Assembly: GCA_964585985.1 (NCBI GenBank)
Contig: CAZPFV010000003.1
Coordinates: forward strand, 1-52,229
DNA: 52,229 nt
From: an uncultured Candidatus Saccharibacteria bacterium
GTDB lineage: Bacteria; Patescibacteriota; Dojkabacteria; SC72
Direction: 5' to 3'
How positions within the stretch are numbered: position 1 is the first letter of the stretch; each line of letters starts with the position of its first letter. The notes below the pieces were generated by a model that ran no database searches, was not told the origin of the DNA, and saw nothing but the letters and a program-made list of their open reading frames with translations. The translations under genes and the position numbers were made by a program. Shown here one piece after another: positions 26,025 to 35,648 of this stretch.

Positions 26025-28907
26025 ATGAAGAATATATTGATATCTAAGGATCAAGGTATGCCTAATTTCCCAAAGACAGAGGAGAGTATACTGAAGCTTT
26101 GGGAGGAGAGGGGGCTTTTAGAAAAGAGTATCAACCAGAGACCTAAGGAGAACTCTTTTACATTCTATGATGGCCCTATTACAGCTAATAATAAGCCTCA
26201 CTACGGTCATGTACTCACTATGGTTATCAAAGATAGTATCCCTAGGTACAAAACGATGAAAGGGTTTAGGGTAGAGAGGAGTTTGGGTTGGGATTGTCAG
26301 GGAATCCCCGTAGAGTATGAGGTTGAGAAGTCACTAGGTTTCAATCAGAAAGAGGATATTGAAAATTTCGGTATAGAGAAGTTTAATAATTTATGTAGAG
26401 AGTCAGTTGAAAAGTATCAGGAAGAGATTCGAAATTTAACCAAAAGAATGGGTAGGTGGGTAAATAGTGATGAAGAGTATGCCACCATGGATGCACAATA
26501 TATTGAGAGTCTCTGGTGGTCTTTGAAAGAGTTGTATAACCTTGATCTTTTGTATGAAGGGTATAAGGTGGTCCCGTACTCAACTAGAGCAGGCACGACA
26601 CTTTCAAACTCTGAGGTTGCATTGGGTGGATATCAAACTATTTCAGATCCTGCTGTTGTTGTTAAATTAAAATTGAAAGGTGAGGATAAGTATCTCCTAA
26701 TTTGGACGACTACTCCTTGGACATTACTTGGTAATCTTTTGGTAGCTGTTGGAAAAGATTTTACATATGTTGAGGTTGAGTATAACAATGAGAGATATAT
26801 TGTTGGTGAAGATTTAGTAGAAAATGTCTTCAAAGAGAGTCTTAATGTTTTAAAGAAGTATAAGGGGAGTGAGTTGATAGGGAAAGAGTACGAACCTCTC
26901 TATACATACTACAGTGAAAAATCTAAGGAGGGTGCCTTTAAGATAGTGCATGCTGATCATGTAACGCTTGATGATGGTACAGGGTTAGTACATCAAGCAC
27001 CTTACGGAGAGGAGGATTTCCTTCTGATGACAGGAATGGGTATCGGTATGTTCGATTACCTTGATGATGAAGGGAATATGAAAGATGAAATTGAACAGTT
27101 TAAAGGGATGTTTTACAAAAAGGCTAATAGGTACATAATAGAAGATTTGGAGAAAAGAAATCTACTTTTTGATCATTATGACTATGAGCATCAAATGCCA
27201 ATGTGTTGGAGGACTAATACACCTTTGATATATAGGCCAATTAAAAGTTGGTATGTAAGAGTATCTGCAATTAGAGAGCTATTAGTTAATGGAAACAAGG
27301 GTATCAATTGGATACCTAAACATATTAAAGAGGGTAGATTTGGTAATTGGTTAGAAGATGCTAGAGATTGGGCGTTAAGTAGAAACAGGTATTGGGGAAC
27401 ACCTTTACCAATCTGGGTATGTGATAAGTGTAATATGAAAGAGGTTTTAGGTTCATTTGCAGAAGTAAAAGAGAGAAGTGGTATTGATCTAGAAGATCCA
27501 CATAAACCATTTGTTGATGATATTGTGTACCCTTGTAAATGTGGAGGAGAGATGAAAAGGGTTAATGATGTTATTGATGTTTGGTATGATTCCGGTTCAA
27601 TGCCCTTTGCCAGGTTCCATTATCCTTTTGAAAACAAGGAGCTATTTGAAAGAAAGTATCCAGCTGAATTTATAGCTGAAGGGGTTGACCAAACCCGTGG
27701 CTGGTTCTATACACTTCATGTGTTGGGGAGTGCTCTTTTTGGAGAAAAGGCATTCAAAAATGTAATCGTTAACGGTATGGCACTTGCTCCTGATGGCACT
27801 AAAATGTCTAAGAGTAAAAGAAACTATCCAGAAGTAAACACGATTATTGATTCAATGGGTGCTGATGCACTCAGGCTTTACTTACTAAGTTCACCAATAG
27901 TGCACGGCGAGGAAGTAATATTTAGTGAAAAGTTTGTTAAAGAGATAACATCAACAGTTCTTCTACCATTTTTTAACTGTGTAAAGTACTTTCTTAATTA
28001 TAGTCAGCAGTATGAGTGGGAATATGAGCCGAATTTTAAGCCTAGCGATAGTATGGATTTATGGATATATTCGAAGCTGAATCAAACTGTAAGAGATGTG
28101 ACTGAAAATATTGATAAATACAAATTACAGAGTGGTGTTAGACAGATTTTTGATTTAATTGATGTACTCTCTAAATGGTATATTCGCAGATCAAGGGATA
28201 GGTTTGTAAATGGTGATACAGATGCACTTAATACACTACATTATATTTTGGTAGAGATATCAAAATTACTTGCTCCATTTGCTCCTTTCATATCAGAATC
28301 TGCATACCTTACATTAAACATCGATGGGAAAGAGTCTGTTCATCTAGAGGAGTATCCTCAACCAAATATTGAGTATCTTGATGAAAAAATTCTTAATGAT
28401 ATGGAGCTGATAAGGACAGTATGTTCATTGGGCTTAAATATTCGTGATGAAAACAAGCTAAAGGTTAGACAGCCTTTGTCAGTTGCATATGTACCAGTTA
28501 CTGATGAAAATATGTTGGAGATTGTTAAAGGGGAATTAAATGTCAAGGAGGCAAAATATTCTAAAGAGCCCCGTGTGGGAGCTGGCATCATAACTGCTGA
28601 ATTAGGAGCATTATTTGTTAGTTTAGATATACAGCTTACACAGGAGCTTGAAGATGAGGGCATCTTAAATGAAATCATGAGAGGGCTACAGGTGGCTAGG
28701 AAGGAGAGTGGCTGTGAAGTTGGTCAGTATATCTCTTTAGAGTATTCAAGTGAGAGTAGGGAGCTTTTAGAGCTTATTGAAAAGTACTTGGAGATTATTA
28801 AAAAAGGTGTCTTTGTAAAGGATCTCAAGAAAGTAGATAGTATAGAAGAAGGGATTGAAATAAAGGTGGGAGAGAGTACCTTAACGACCAAAATACTTAC
28901 TCTCTAG
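26025..28907 (+). CDS. ileS: isoleucine--tRNA ligase
   Basis: HYGH (HIGH), CP1 editing domain, KMSKS and a Cys cluster (CDKC...CKCGG). GAGG lies 8-9 nt upstream of ATG 26025. Confidence 0.95.
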   Translation: MKNILISKDQGMPNFPKTEESILKLWEERGLLEKSINQRPKENSFTFYDGPITANNKPHYGHVLTMVIKDSIPRYKTMKGFRVERSLGWDCQGIPVEYEVEKSLGFNQKEDIENFGIEKFNNLCRESVEKYQEEIRNLTKRMGRWVNSDEEYATMDAQYIESLWWSLKELYNLDLLYEGYKVVPYSTRAGTTLSNSEVALGGYQTISDPAVVVKLKLKGEDKYLLIWTTTPWTLLGNLLVAVGKDFTYVEVEYNNERYIVGEDLVENVFKESLNVLKKYKGSELIGKEYEPLYTYYSEKSKEGAFKIVHADHVTLDDGTGLVHQAPYGEEDFLLMTGMGIGMFDYLDDEGNMKDEIEQFKGMFYKKANRYIIEDLEKRNLLFDHYDYEHQMPMCWRTNTPLIYRPIKSWYVRVSAIRELLVNGNKGINWIPKHIKEGRFGNWLEDARDWALSRNRYWGTPLPIWVCDKCNMKEVLGSFAEVKERSGIDLEDPHKPFVDDIVYPCKCGGEMKRVNDVIDVWYDSGSMPFARFHYPFENKELFERKYPAEFIAEGVDQTRGWFYTLHVLGSALFGEKAFKNVIVNGMALAPDGTKMSKSKRNYPEVNTIIDSMGADALRLYLLSSPIVHGEEVIFSEKFVKEITSTVLLPFFNCVKYFLNYSQQYEWEYEPNFKPSDSMDLWIYSKLNQTVRDVTENIDKYKLQSGVRQIFDLIDVLSKWYIRRSRDRFVNGDTDALNTLHYILVEISKLLAPFAPFISESAYLTLNIDGKESVHLEEYPQPNIEYLDEKILNDMELIRTVCSLGLNIRDENKLKVRQPLSVAYVPVTDENMLEIVKGELNVKEAKYSKEPRVGAGIITAELGALFVSLDIQLTQELEDEGILNEIMRGLQVARKESGCEVGQYISLEYSSESRELLELIEKYLEIIKKGVFVKDLKKVDSIEEGIEIKVGESTLTTKILTL

Positions 28908-29420
28908 CATTTTTGCTTCTAGACCAGTAATTTTCTCAAACATTTTACCTGCTGCCTCTAATTCTATGTCGGCAGATAGAGCCATTTCGCCAACAATATC
29001 ACCCATTGCTCTGGAAAGTTCGTTCTCTATTGATACTGGAATTAATCTACCATCTTTCTCTCTACCTCGTTTTACATGATTACAAAGCTGTATTGTCTCT
29101 ATTGCAGAGTCTACTGTTGCATCCGATTCTAATCTCTTAAATATTTCCATTAATTTGTTAAAATCTGTTGTCTTTGGATCTTTGTACGGAGTCTTCTTTA
29201 ATTTTGCAATCTTCTCCTTAATATCTTTCAATGATAGTACTGGTCTAATATTGAGGTTATCAACATTATCCAATGGAGTAGATATTGTAATTGAGGAATT
29301 TATGAATTGAAATTCGAAATACATTTTTTTCTTACCATTGAACTCTATTTCTTTCTGTTCTTTAATGTAACCTGCACCTTGAGATGGATAAAATACTTTT
29401 GAGCCGACTTTGAAGTTCAT
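28881..29420 (-). CDS. carD: CarD/CdnL-family RNA-polymerase-binding transcription factor
   Basis: N-terminal FKVGSKVFYPSQGAGYI...FEFQF (CarD_CdnL_TRCF Tudor-like domain) plus a helical C-terminal domain. Start set at ATG 29420. The 3' end overlaps ileS by 27 nt. Confidence 0.75.
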   Translation of the reverse strand: MNFKVGSKVFYPSQGAGYIKEQKEIEFNGKKKMYFEFQFINSSITISTPLDNVDNLNIRPVLSLKDIKEKIAKLKKTPYKDPKTTDFNKLMEIFKRLESDATVDSAIETIQLCNHVKRGREKDGRLIPVSIENELSRAMGDIVGEMALSADIELEAAGKMFEKITGLEAKMLESKYFGR

Positions 29421-29482
29421 ATCTTTATTTGTGTGAGAATTAAACATTTCATTATATCATTTTTTAGTATACAATTGTATTT

Positions 29483-30499
29483 ATGAAAATTACTGTAATA
29501 GGGGGAGGGACAGGATCCAGCGTAGTACTAGAGGGACTCAAGACAAAAAGGGATTTAGAATTAAATGTGATTGTTGGAATGATGGATGATGGAGGGAGTA
29601 ATGCTGTAGTAAGAGATGAATTCGGTTTGTTACCTCTGAGTGATTTGAGAAAATCCATACTTGCTCTTTCAACAGAGAACGATCAAAATATTCTTAGAGA
29701 GCTGTTTACATACAGATTCTCTCATGGTGATGGGCTGAAGGGTCATACGATGGGTAATCTTTTAATGATAGCAATGACAGAGATTGCTGGCTCTGAGGTT
29801 GAAGCCATAGAGCTTTTTAAGTACCTTTTCTCAGTTAATGGCAATATTGTTCCAGTAACCTTGGATAAGGTGAGATTAGTTGCAGAGTATACTAATGGGA
29901 AAAAAATTGTAGGTGAGCATTTAATTGATGAGCCGGATGAAGATAGGGAGATTAAGAAGTTTTACTTCGATAAAAAGGCTACTGCCTACAAAGGTGCACT
30001 AGATACTATTGCTAGCTCTGATTACATCATTATTGGTCCAGGAGATCTATATACAACGACATTAGCCAACATAATCGTAGAGGGGATACCTGAGGCTATG
30101 CAAAAGAGTAAGGCTAAGCTTATCTTTGTATCTAATTTAATGTCTAGGATAGGGCAAACAAGAGGTTTAACTCTTGATAGTATGTTATCAATCATAGAAG
30201 AGTATATTGGTAGGCAGTTCGACTATGTTTTAATAAATAATGGAAAAATTCCACAGAATGCATATAAAAGGTATGTTGAATATGGAGAGCATCTCTTCGT
30301 TAATGATATCAAAGACAATCGTAGGAAGCTGATTAAAGCCGATTTAGTTGCGAATTCAAAAATCAAAAAGGATAAGGGGGATGCATTAGTTAGAAGTCTC
30401 ATAAGGCATGATTCTCAAAAATTGGGAAATGAACTATACAAGATATTTAGAAAGGGTTGGAAATCCAAGTTATTTACTTTTCTCTCCTTCTATCGCTAA
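29483..30499 (+). CDS. YvcK/CofD-family protein (UPF0052, gluconeogenesis factor-like)
   Basis: MKITVIGGGTGSS N-terminus, GNLLM, and IIIGPGDLYTT. Confidence 0.8.
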   Translation: MKITVIGGGTGSSVVLEGLKTKRDLELNVIVGMMDDGGSNAVVRDEFGLLPLSDLRKSILALSTENDQNILRELFTYRFSHGDGLKGHTMGNLLMIAMTEIAGSEVEAIELFKYLFSVNGNIVPVTLDKVRLVAEYTNGKKIVGEHLIDEPDEDREIKKFYFDKKATAYKGALDTIASSDYIIIGPGDLYTTTLANIIVEGIPEAMQKSKAKLIFVSNLMSRIGQTRGLTLDSMLSIIEEYIGRQFDYVLINNGKIPQNAYKRYVEYGEHLFVNDIKDNRRKLIKADLVANSKIKKDKGDALVRSLIRHDSQKLGNELYKIFRKGWKSKLFTFLSFYR

Positions 30500-30503
30500 A
30501 TAT

Positions 30504-31121
30504 TTAATCACCAATTTGATTCATTAAGGCTGTTACTTTTCTAGCCCAGTTTGCAGAAGATGGAGGACAGTATACCTTGGCGATTTTGTCGGGAGTATTG
30601 AGACCCTTAGCATAATAGCCGTGTGCTAAACCTTTTGTTACACTCCAAATACCATCTTTCCAGTTGTCAAATCCTCGACTTCCCCAACCCCATGCATTGT
30701 AAGGTTTAAAGTTAATTTTACCTCCACCAGACTCAACGATTGATATAGCTGCAACTATTCTATAGTCGATACCGTAGTAATCAGCAGCTAATACAAACTC
30801 TTCAGCATACTGTGCAAGAGGGGAATTTCTTTTTTCAAAGAATACTCTTAGATTCTCTGTTCTTTGATGATTTAGGATACTTTGAGGGGAGATTGATGCT
30901 GCAGTAGCTAAGATTGTTTCCTCAACTGGATTTGATTCAATATACTGTAAATCTTTTGCATACTCCTGCTCAAAGAGATCTTGCTGCATACCTACAACAG
31001 GTTTTGTAGAGTATTGATTGAATATATTTAGTATTGCTCCCATGGCAAGAATACCTACCATAATTAAGAATACATTTTTTGTGTTATATGTTTTCATATT
31101 TGTTTTCTTTCTTTGTCCCAT
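30504..31121 (-). CDS. membrane-anchored peptidoglycan hydrolase-like protein (lysozyme-like / glucosaminidase-like fold)
   Basis: N-terminal TM. GIDYRIVAAISIVESGGGK...YNAWGWG resembles the catalytic Glu region of lytic transglycosylase/glucosaminidase families. Confidence 0.5.
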   Translation of the reverse strand: MGQRKKTNMKTYNTKNVFLIMVGILAMGAILNIFNQYSTKPVVGMQQDLFEQEYAKDLQYIESNPVEETILATAASISPQSILNHQRTENLRVFFEKRNSPLAQYAEEFVLAADYYGIDYRIVAAISIVESGGGKINFKPYNAWGWGSRGFDNWKDGIWSVTKGLAHGYYAKGLNTPDKIAKVYCPPSSANWARKVTALMNQIGD

Positions 31122-31167
31122 AGTTTAAAATAATGAAATATTCTTTATAATTAGATATATTCATATT

Positions 31168-32865
31168 ATGTTAAAGATGGCAGTTAAACAGGGAAAAAGA
31201 TATAGAAGAGAAAAATTTAAACATCCAATACTTCTATACCTTATTATACCATTTTTGACCTTTTTTATCTATATCCTTAACTTTTCAGCCCTTACGCTAG
31301 AGACTCTTCCTGATTTCTTTTACTATACTCCCCCAAAGATTAAGTATGAGACATTTAAACTCTCTTTTGATTCAAAAGTTGGAGAGGATGTTCAAAATGC
31401 CATAATATCAGCACTCTCAGATATTGAGCTAGAGGGGATTAAAAGGTTTGAGTTTGTAAAAAGAGGTGGTTACAAGATACTGCCTAGTGAAGAGGAGACT
31501 CACCTAATATATTTTAAAGAGTATGCTCCTGTGGGCCATATATATTGGATTAATGGTAAGACTACATTGAATGAAATTCATGCAGCCAAAGAGCTGTATG
31601 TTACTTCAGATGAGTATGAGTTAGCACAAATATTCCTTAAGGAAGCATTGGGAGATGATATTGGGATAGTTGAGTCAGAGGATTTACTCTCTACACTACT
31701 TGCTGATGAGAAAAAAATCGGAATAGTTCCTGTAGAAGATCTAAATCCTAGCTACAAAGTGTTGGAATTAGATGATAAGTACTGTCTTTCTGATCCTGCA
31801 GGCTGTATCCGTGTTGAGTATGGAATGAAATATGCAAAAAATAGTGAGTTTGTATCAAGTATAATTCGTAAGAATATGGGATTCATGTATGGTGAGAGTG
31901 TATCAGTAAATGCAGAAAATATGGTTAAGATAAATATGAGTGGTGTTGTTGCTATGTCTAGGAATTTGGCTAGAAAGATAGATTCTTCAAAGAATTATGC
32001 ATATCCTGCTAGGGATATAGGGGAGTTTTTAGCAGATGCAGATTTAACACATGTTTCAAATGAAGCCTCTTTTGTGAAGGGTTGTGTCGGATATACAGGT
32101 ATGTCCTTTTGCTCTAAACCTGAATATATAGCGACTTTAGAGGCTAGTGGTGTTGATATAGTTGAGTTAACGGGTAATCATAATAATGATCACGGCTCAA
32201 AAAACAATACAACAACAATTGAGAAGTATGTAGAAATGGGGTGGGAGTACTTTGGAGGTGGTTTAAACAAGGTAGATGCTAGTAAGATTTTGTACAAAGA
32301 TATTAAGGGCAGCAAATTGGCCTTTATGGGATATAACTGGTATGACACTATGTACGGCTCTTCTGCTTTAGCGGGAGAGGATAGGGCAGGTGCTAATTCG
32401 TACTCTGTAGAGAAATTAACTAGAGATATTACTGAGGCAAAAGAGAATGGTGCTTTAACGATTGTTACATTCCAGTTCCAAGAGTGTTACTCATATCCTG
32501 CCTCTGATGTTGTGTACCCCATTTGTTATAAGCCCTTGAGTTCTCCTGATCAGAAAAAAGTTTTTCGACAAGCAATTGATTTGGGTGCTGATATAGTCAT
32601 TGGTACTCAGGCCCATCAGCCACAGACATATGAAGTTTACAAGGAGGGTATAATTTTTTACGGTTTAGGGAATCTGTATTTTGATCAAGATAGGTGGATT
32701 GGTACGAGACAGGGCATTGTGCTCTCTCTTTTCGTGGAGGATAGTAATTTACGGCAGGTTAGAATAACACCAACAATAATTGATTCTAATTTAATACCGA
32801 GAGTTGCGGGTAAGACTGATAGTAATTTACTTCTGAATTTGTTGAAGAGTGCTCGAAATTTCTGA
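31168..32865 (+). CDS. CapA-family (PGA_cap metallophosphatase-like) protein with an N-terminal TM and a ~230-aa extra domain
   Basis: VVAMSRNLA, ADLTHVSNEASF, ELTGNHNNDHG and GTQAHQPQ are spaced as in CapA/PGA_cap proteins. Confidence 0.7.
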   Translation: MLKMAVKQGKRYRREKFKHPILLYLIIPFLTFFIYILNFSALTLETLPDFFYYTPPKIKYETFKLSFDSKVGEDVQNAIISALSDIELEGIKRFEFVKRGGYKILPSEEETHLIYFKEYAPVGHIYWINGKTTLNEIHAAKELYVTSDEYELAQIFLKEALGDDIGIVESEDLLSTLLADEKKIGIVPVEDLNPSYKVLELDDKYCLSDPAGCIRVEYGMKYAKNSEFVSSIIRKNMGFMYGESVSVNAENMVKINMSGVVAMSRNLARKIDSSKNYAYPARDIGEFLADADLTHVSNEASFVKGCVGYTGMSFCSKPEYIATLEASGVDIVELTGNHNNDHGSKNNTTTIEKYVEMGWEYFGGGLNKVDASKILYKDIKGSKLAFMGYNWYDTMYGSSALAGEDRAGANSYSVEKLTRDITEAKENGALTIVTFQFQECYSYPASDVVYPICYKPLSSPDQKKVFRQAIDLGADIVIGTQAHQPQTYEVYKEGIIFYGLGNLYFDQDRWIGTRQGIVLSLFVEDSNLRQVRITPTIIDSNLIPRVAGKTDSNLLLNLLKSARNF

Positions 32866-32903
32866 TATATTAGAAGTGAATATAAATTCTTTTTGATATC
32901 ATT

Positions 32904-33788
32904 GTGAATGATTTAAATAGCCCCATAGATAATACTCAGAGCAGTGTAAATACAGCTCCAATTAGTGATTTTAATACTACTCCTGCACCCTCTACAGGTA
33001 ATGTCCAAAATTTAGTAGATGATTTGACGGGTATGCCTGCTGCTGTAGAAAGCAATGCTCCTAGAGAGGAATTCCCACAAGAGATTCCAATGAATTCTCC
33101 TTCTACACCAGTTATGCCTACTGATAATGTAGATCAATTCCAGCCCACCCCGATGGATACATTCCAACCTGCACCTTCCTTTGATACTACACCTGCACCG
33201 ATGGATACGGTACAACCAGCTCCTGCCTTTGATACTACACCTGCACCGATAGATACAGTACAACCAGCTCCTGCCTTTGATACTACGCCTGCACCGATGG
33301 ATACAGTGCAACCAGCTCCTGCCTTTGATACTACACCTACACCGATGGATACAGTACAACCAGCTCCTGCCTTTGATACTACGCCTGCACCGATGGATGC
33401 AGTGCAACCAGCTCCTGCCTTTGATACTACACCTACACCGATGGATACAGTGCAACCAGCTCCTGTAATTGAAGATGCATCTCAAATGAATCCTCTTCAA
33501 CCAGAAACAGCTGCTTTTGAAAATATTGTGCAATCATCTCCACAGGTAGAACCATCACCTATGACTACTCCTCTGTCACCTCAAGACCTCTCTGCACCTC
33601 TTCCTGACATTGCTCCTCTAAATGAAGCTCCTTTTGCTGCTTTCAATGAAAATGAGGTAGTGAATACGTTAGGAGAAGAGAAAAAAGAGGGTAAAGGTGG
33701 CACAGTAGTTGTGATTGTCCTTATTGTAGTAATTATCGCACTGTTAGCGACAATAGGGTACTTCGCTTACAAAATATTTATAGCTTAA
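32904..33788 (+). CDS. Pro/Thr/Ala-rich tandem-repeat protein with a single C-terminal TM anchor (GTG start)
   Basis: No N-terminal signal peptide. 6.5 copies of the 16-aa unit MDTVQPAPAFDTTPAP. C-terminal VVVIVLIVVIIALLATIGYFAY. Confidence 0.6.
   Translation: MNDLNSPIDNTQSSVNTAPISDFNTTPAPSTGNVQNLVDDLTGMPAAVESNAPREEFPQEIPMNSPSTPVMPTDNVDQFQPTPMDTFQPAPSFDTTPAPMDTVQPAPAFDTTPAPIDTVQPAPAFDTTPAPMDTVQPAPAFDTTPTPMDTVQPAPAFDTTPAPMDAVQPAPAFDTTPTPMDTVQPAPVIEDASQMNPLQPETAAFENIVQSSPQVEPSPMTTPLSPQDLSAPLPDIAPLNEAPFAAFNENEVVNTLGEEKKEGKGGTVVVIVLIVVIIALLATIGYFAYKIFIA
33152..33465 (+). repeat. 48-bp in-frame tandem repeat, about 6.5 copies
   Basis: The unit GATGGATACAGTACAACCAGCTCCTGCCTTTGATACTACACCTGCACC recurs at 33152, 33200, 33248 and so on, with a few point differences. 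Confidence 0.95.
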
Positions 33789-33791
33789 TAC

Positions 33792-34175
33792 CTATTTAGA
33801 TTTCCATACTCCGTGGATATTGCAGTACTCTCTTGCAGAGATGTTTGAATACTCTTTTGGTAGACAGAATTCAGCCTCGGGCAGATCCCCTGGCTTTAAG
33901 TACTGTGTATATGTGTTTCCATCAACGATTAGTTGTATAAATTCTATGTAGTGAGTATCCTCCATTGGGTGTGCTACATCTCCGACTTTAACCTTTGCGA
34001 TATTGTCATTAATTTCAATTACTGGAACATGTTTCTCTAAACCTTGATCCTCACTTCTCTCATCTATTTCTGTCATGTCTTGGCCACAGCATACCAAAGT
34101 CCCACCACCCTCATGTAATACCTCTACAACATTTCCACAGATTTCGCATTTATATATTTTTCCTTTCTTTGCCAT
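33792..34175 (-). CDS. dfx: desulfoferrodoxin (2Fe superoxide reductase)
   Basis: N-terminal desulforedoxin CxxC...CC (KCEICGN...LVCCGQ). C-terminal neelaredoxin motifs (EKHVPV, HPME, CNIHGVW). Confidence 0.9.
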   Translation of the reverse strand: MAKKGKIYKCEICGNVVEVLHEGGGTLVCCGQDMTEIDERSEDQGLEKHVPVIEINDNIAKVKVGDVAHPMEDTHYIEFIQLIVDGNTYTQYLKPGDLPEAEFCLPKEYSNISAREYCNIHGVWKSK

Positions 34176-34249
34176 TATTATTGAAAATAATATTAATTTT
34201 TAAATTATACATACATTGGTTAAGATAAGGAAGAGATGAGTGCTAGTGA

Positions 34250-35584
34250 TTACTCTGTAATACCTAGCTGTTGTTTAGCAAAAGCTGTAAGATTTTTTCT
34301 CTTTGCCCAATTTCTCTCTGTTTCGGTTAAAAGTTTTTTTCTAAGTCTAATATTTTGGGGAGTAACCTCTATTAATTCCTCATCATTTATGAAAGAGAGG
34401 GCATACTCTATGGTAAGAGGTATTGTAGGTTTTAGATTAACTTGTGTTAATTCGCTTCTTAACATTCTTACATTTGTTTTATGCCTTGCTTTACAAGGAT
34501 TTACTGTAAGGTCTTGTTCATGATTATTTATTCCAATAATCATACCCTCATATACTGTCTCAGATGGGCCTACGAAGAGTGAACCTCTTTCCTGTATAGT
34601 TGTTAATGAAAATCCTAGGGTAGTACCATTATCTTGTGAGATGATAGCACCTTTTCTAAAGTGTGACTCTTGTGGTACATACGGTATGTAATCTGTAACG
34701 AAGCTATTTATGACTGCACTTCCTTTTGTTGCATTCATCAATACTCTGTGTAGCCCTATTAAGTTCCTAGTAAGAATTTTGTATGTAAATCTGGTTTGAG
34801 AACTCTCTGATTCAATATTAATCATTTCTCCCTTCCTATCACTAACTTCCTCAGCAATAACACTAAGATACTCGGTGGGGGAATCTATAATTAGCTCTTC
34901 AATTGGTTCAAAAGGTTTACCATCTTTTTCAATTAACACAACCTCTGGCTTGCCCAGTTGAAATTCATAGCCCTCTCTTCGTAATTGCTCTACAAGTATC
35001 GCGAGTTGTAGCTCACCTCTACCAGCTACTGAGTAAGATGATCCTGATATTTTTGATATCTTCAATCCGATATTTAAATCTTTCTCTTGTTCTAATCTCT
35101 GCTCTAACTGTTTAGCTGTGACATACTTTCCCTCTTTACCAGCTAATGGAGATGTATTGGCCTCAAATCTAACCTGTACAGCAGGGGGAGTAATATGAAT
35201 ATCCTCGAGCCTCTCTGGGGCGTTTAGGGCACACAGTGTTGCTCCAATTGCGGTGGATTCTATCCCCGCGATAGCGACAATCTCTCCAGCGTTAGCAGAA
35301 TCAACTTCTACCCAATTGAGACCTTCTTTTACAAAGATTTCCTTTACCCTTCCTTGAACCTTGTTATTTTTCTCAAGGAGTACAACGGGCTCATTCTTTT
35401 TAATTCTACCCCTATTTATTTTTCCAACAAGATATCTACCAAGATGAGAGTTGTACTCTAAGGAGGTTACTTGCATTTGAAATGGTAGACTCTCATCTCC
35501 TTTAGGAATTGGGCAATACTCAATTATTTCATTTAAAAGTGGGGTTAGATTACCCTCTGTTTCCTCTAGATTCCCAGTAGGCAA
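34250..35584 (-). CDS. typA: translational GTPase TypA/BipA, C-terminal ~75% (frame stays open upstream to the A9 run at 35692-35700)
   Basis: EF-G-like domains II, III and V plus the BipA C-terminal domain. The same frame upstream of the ORF-track start encodes ...[34 protein letters not shown]. Confidence 0.85.
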   Translation of the reverse strand: MPTGNLEETEGNLTPLLNEIIEYCPIPKGDESLPFQMQVTSLEYNSHLGRYLVGKINRGRIKKNEPVVLLEKNNKVQGRVKEIFVKEGLNWVEVDSANAGEIVAIAGIESTAIGATLCALNAPERLEDIHITPPAVQVRFEANTSPLAGKEGKYVTAKQLEQRLEQEKDLNIGLKISKISGSSYSVAGRGELQLAILVEQLRREGYEFQLGKPEVVLIEKDGKPFEPIEELIIDSPTEYLSVIAEEVSDRKGEMINIESESSQTRFTYKILTRNLIGLHRVLMNATKGSAVINSFVTDYIPYVPQESHFRKGAIISQDNGTTLGFSLTTIQERGSLFVGPSETVYEGMIIGINNHEQDLTVNPCKARHKTNVRMLRSELTQVNLKPTIPLTIEYALSFINDEELIEVTPQNIRLRKKLLTETERNWAKRKNLTAFAKQQLGITE

Positions 35585-35648
35585 CTCTTTCCAAATTTTT
35601 CCATCTCTTGCAATTGCATAGTAGATAGGGAAGTCTAACTGTTCAGTA

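Noticed and set aside
33152-33465. Regular 48-bp repeats, considered as a possible CRISPR array
   Set aside because: The units are directly adjacent with no spacers. They are in frame within a long ORF and encode a 16-aa peptide repeat. No cas genes are present.
33012-33533. ORFs 33012-33533 (-) and 33277-33468 (+) in the track
   Set aside because: They are alternative-frame or antisense readings of the tandem repeat (periodic RCR/HRW peptides), so they are artefacts of repeat periodicity.
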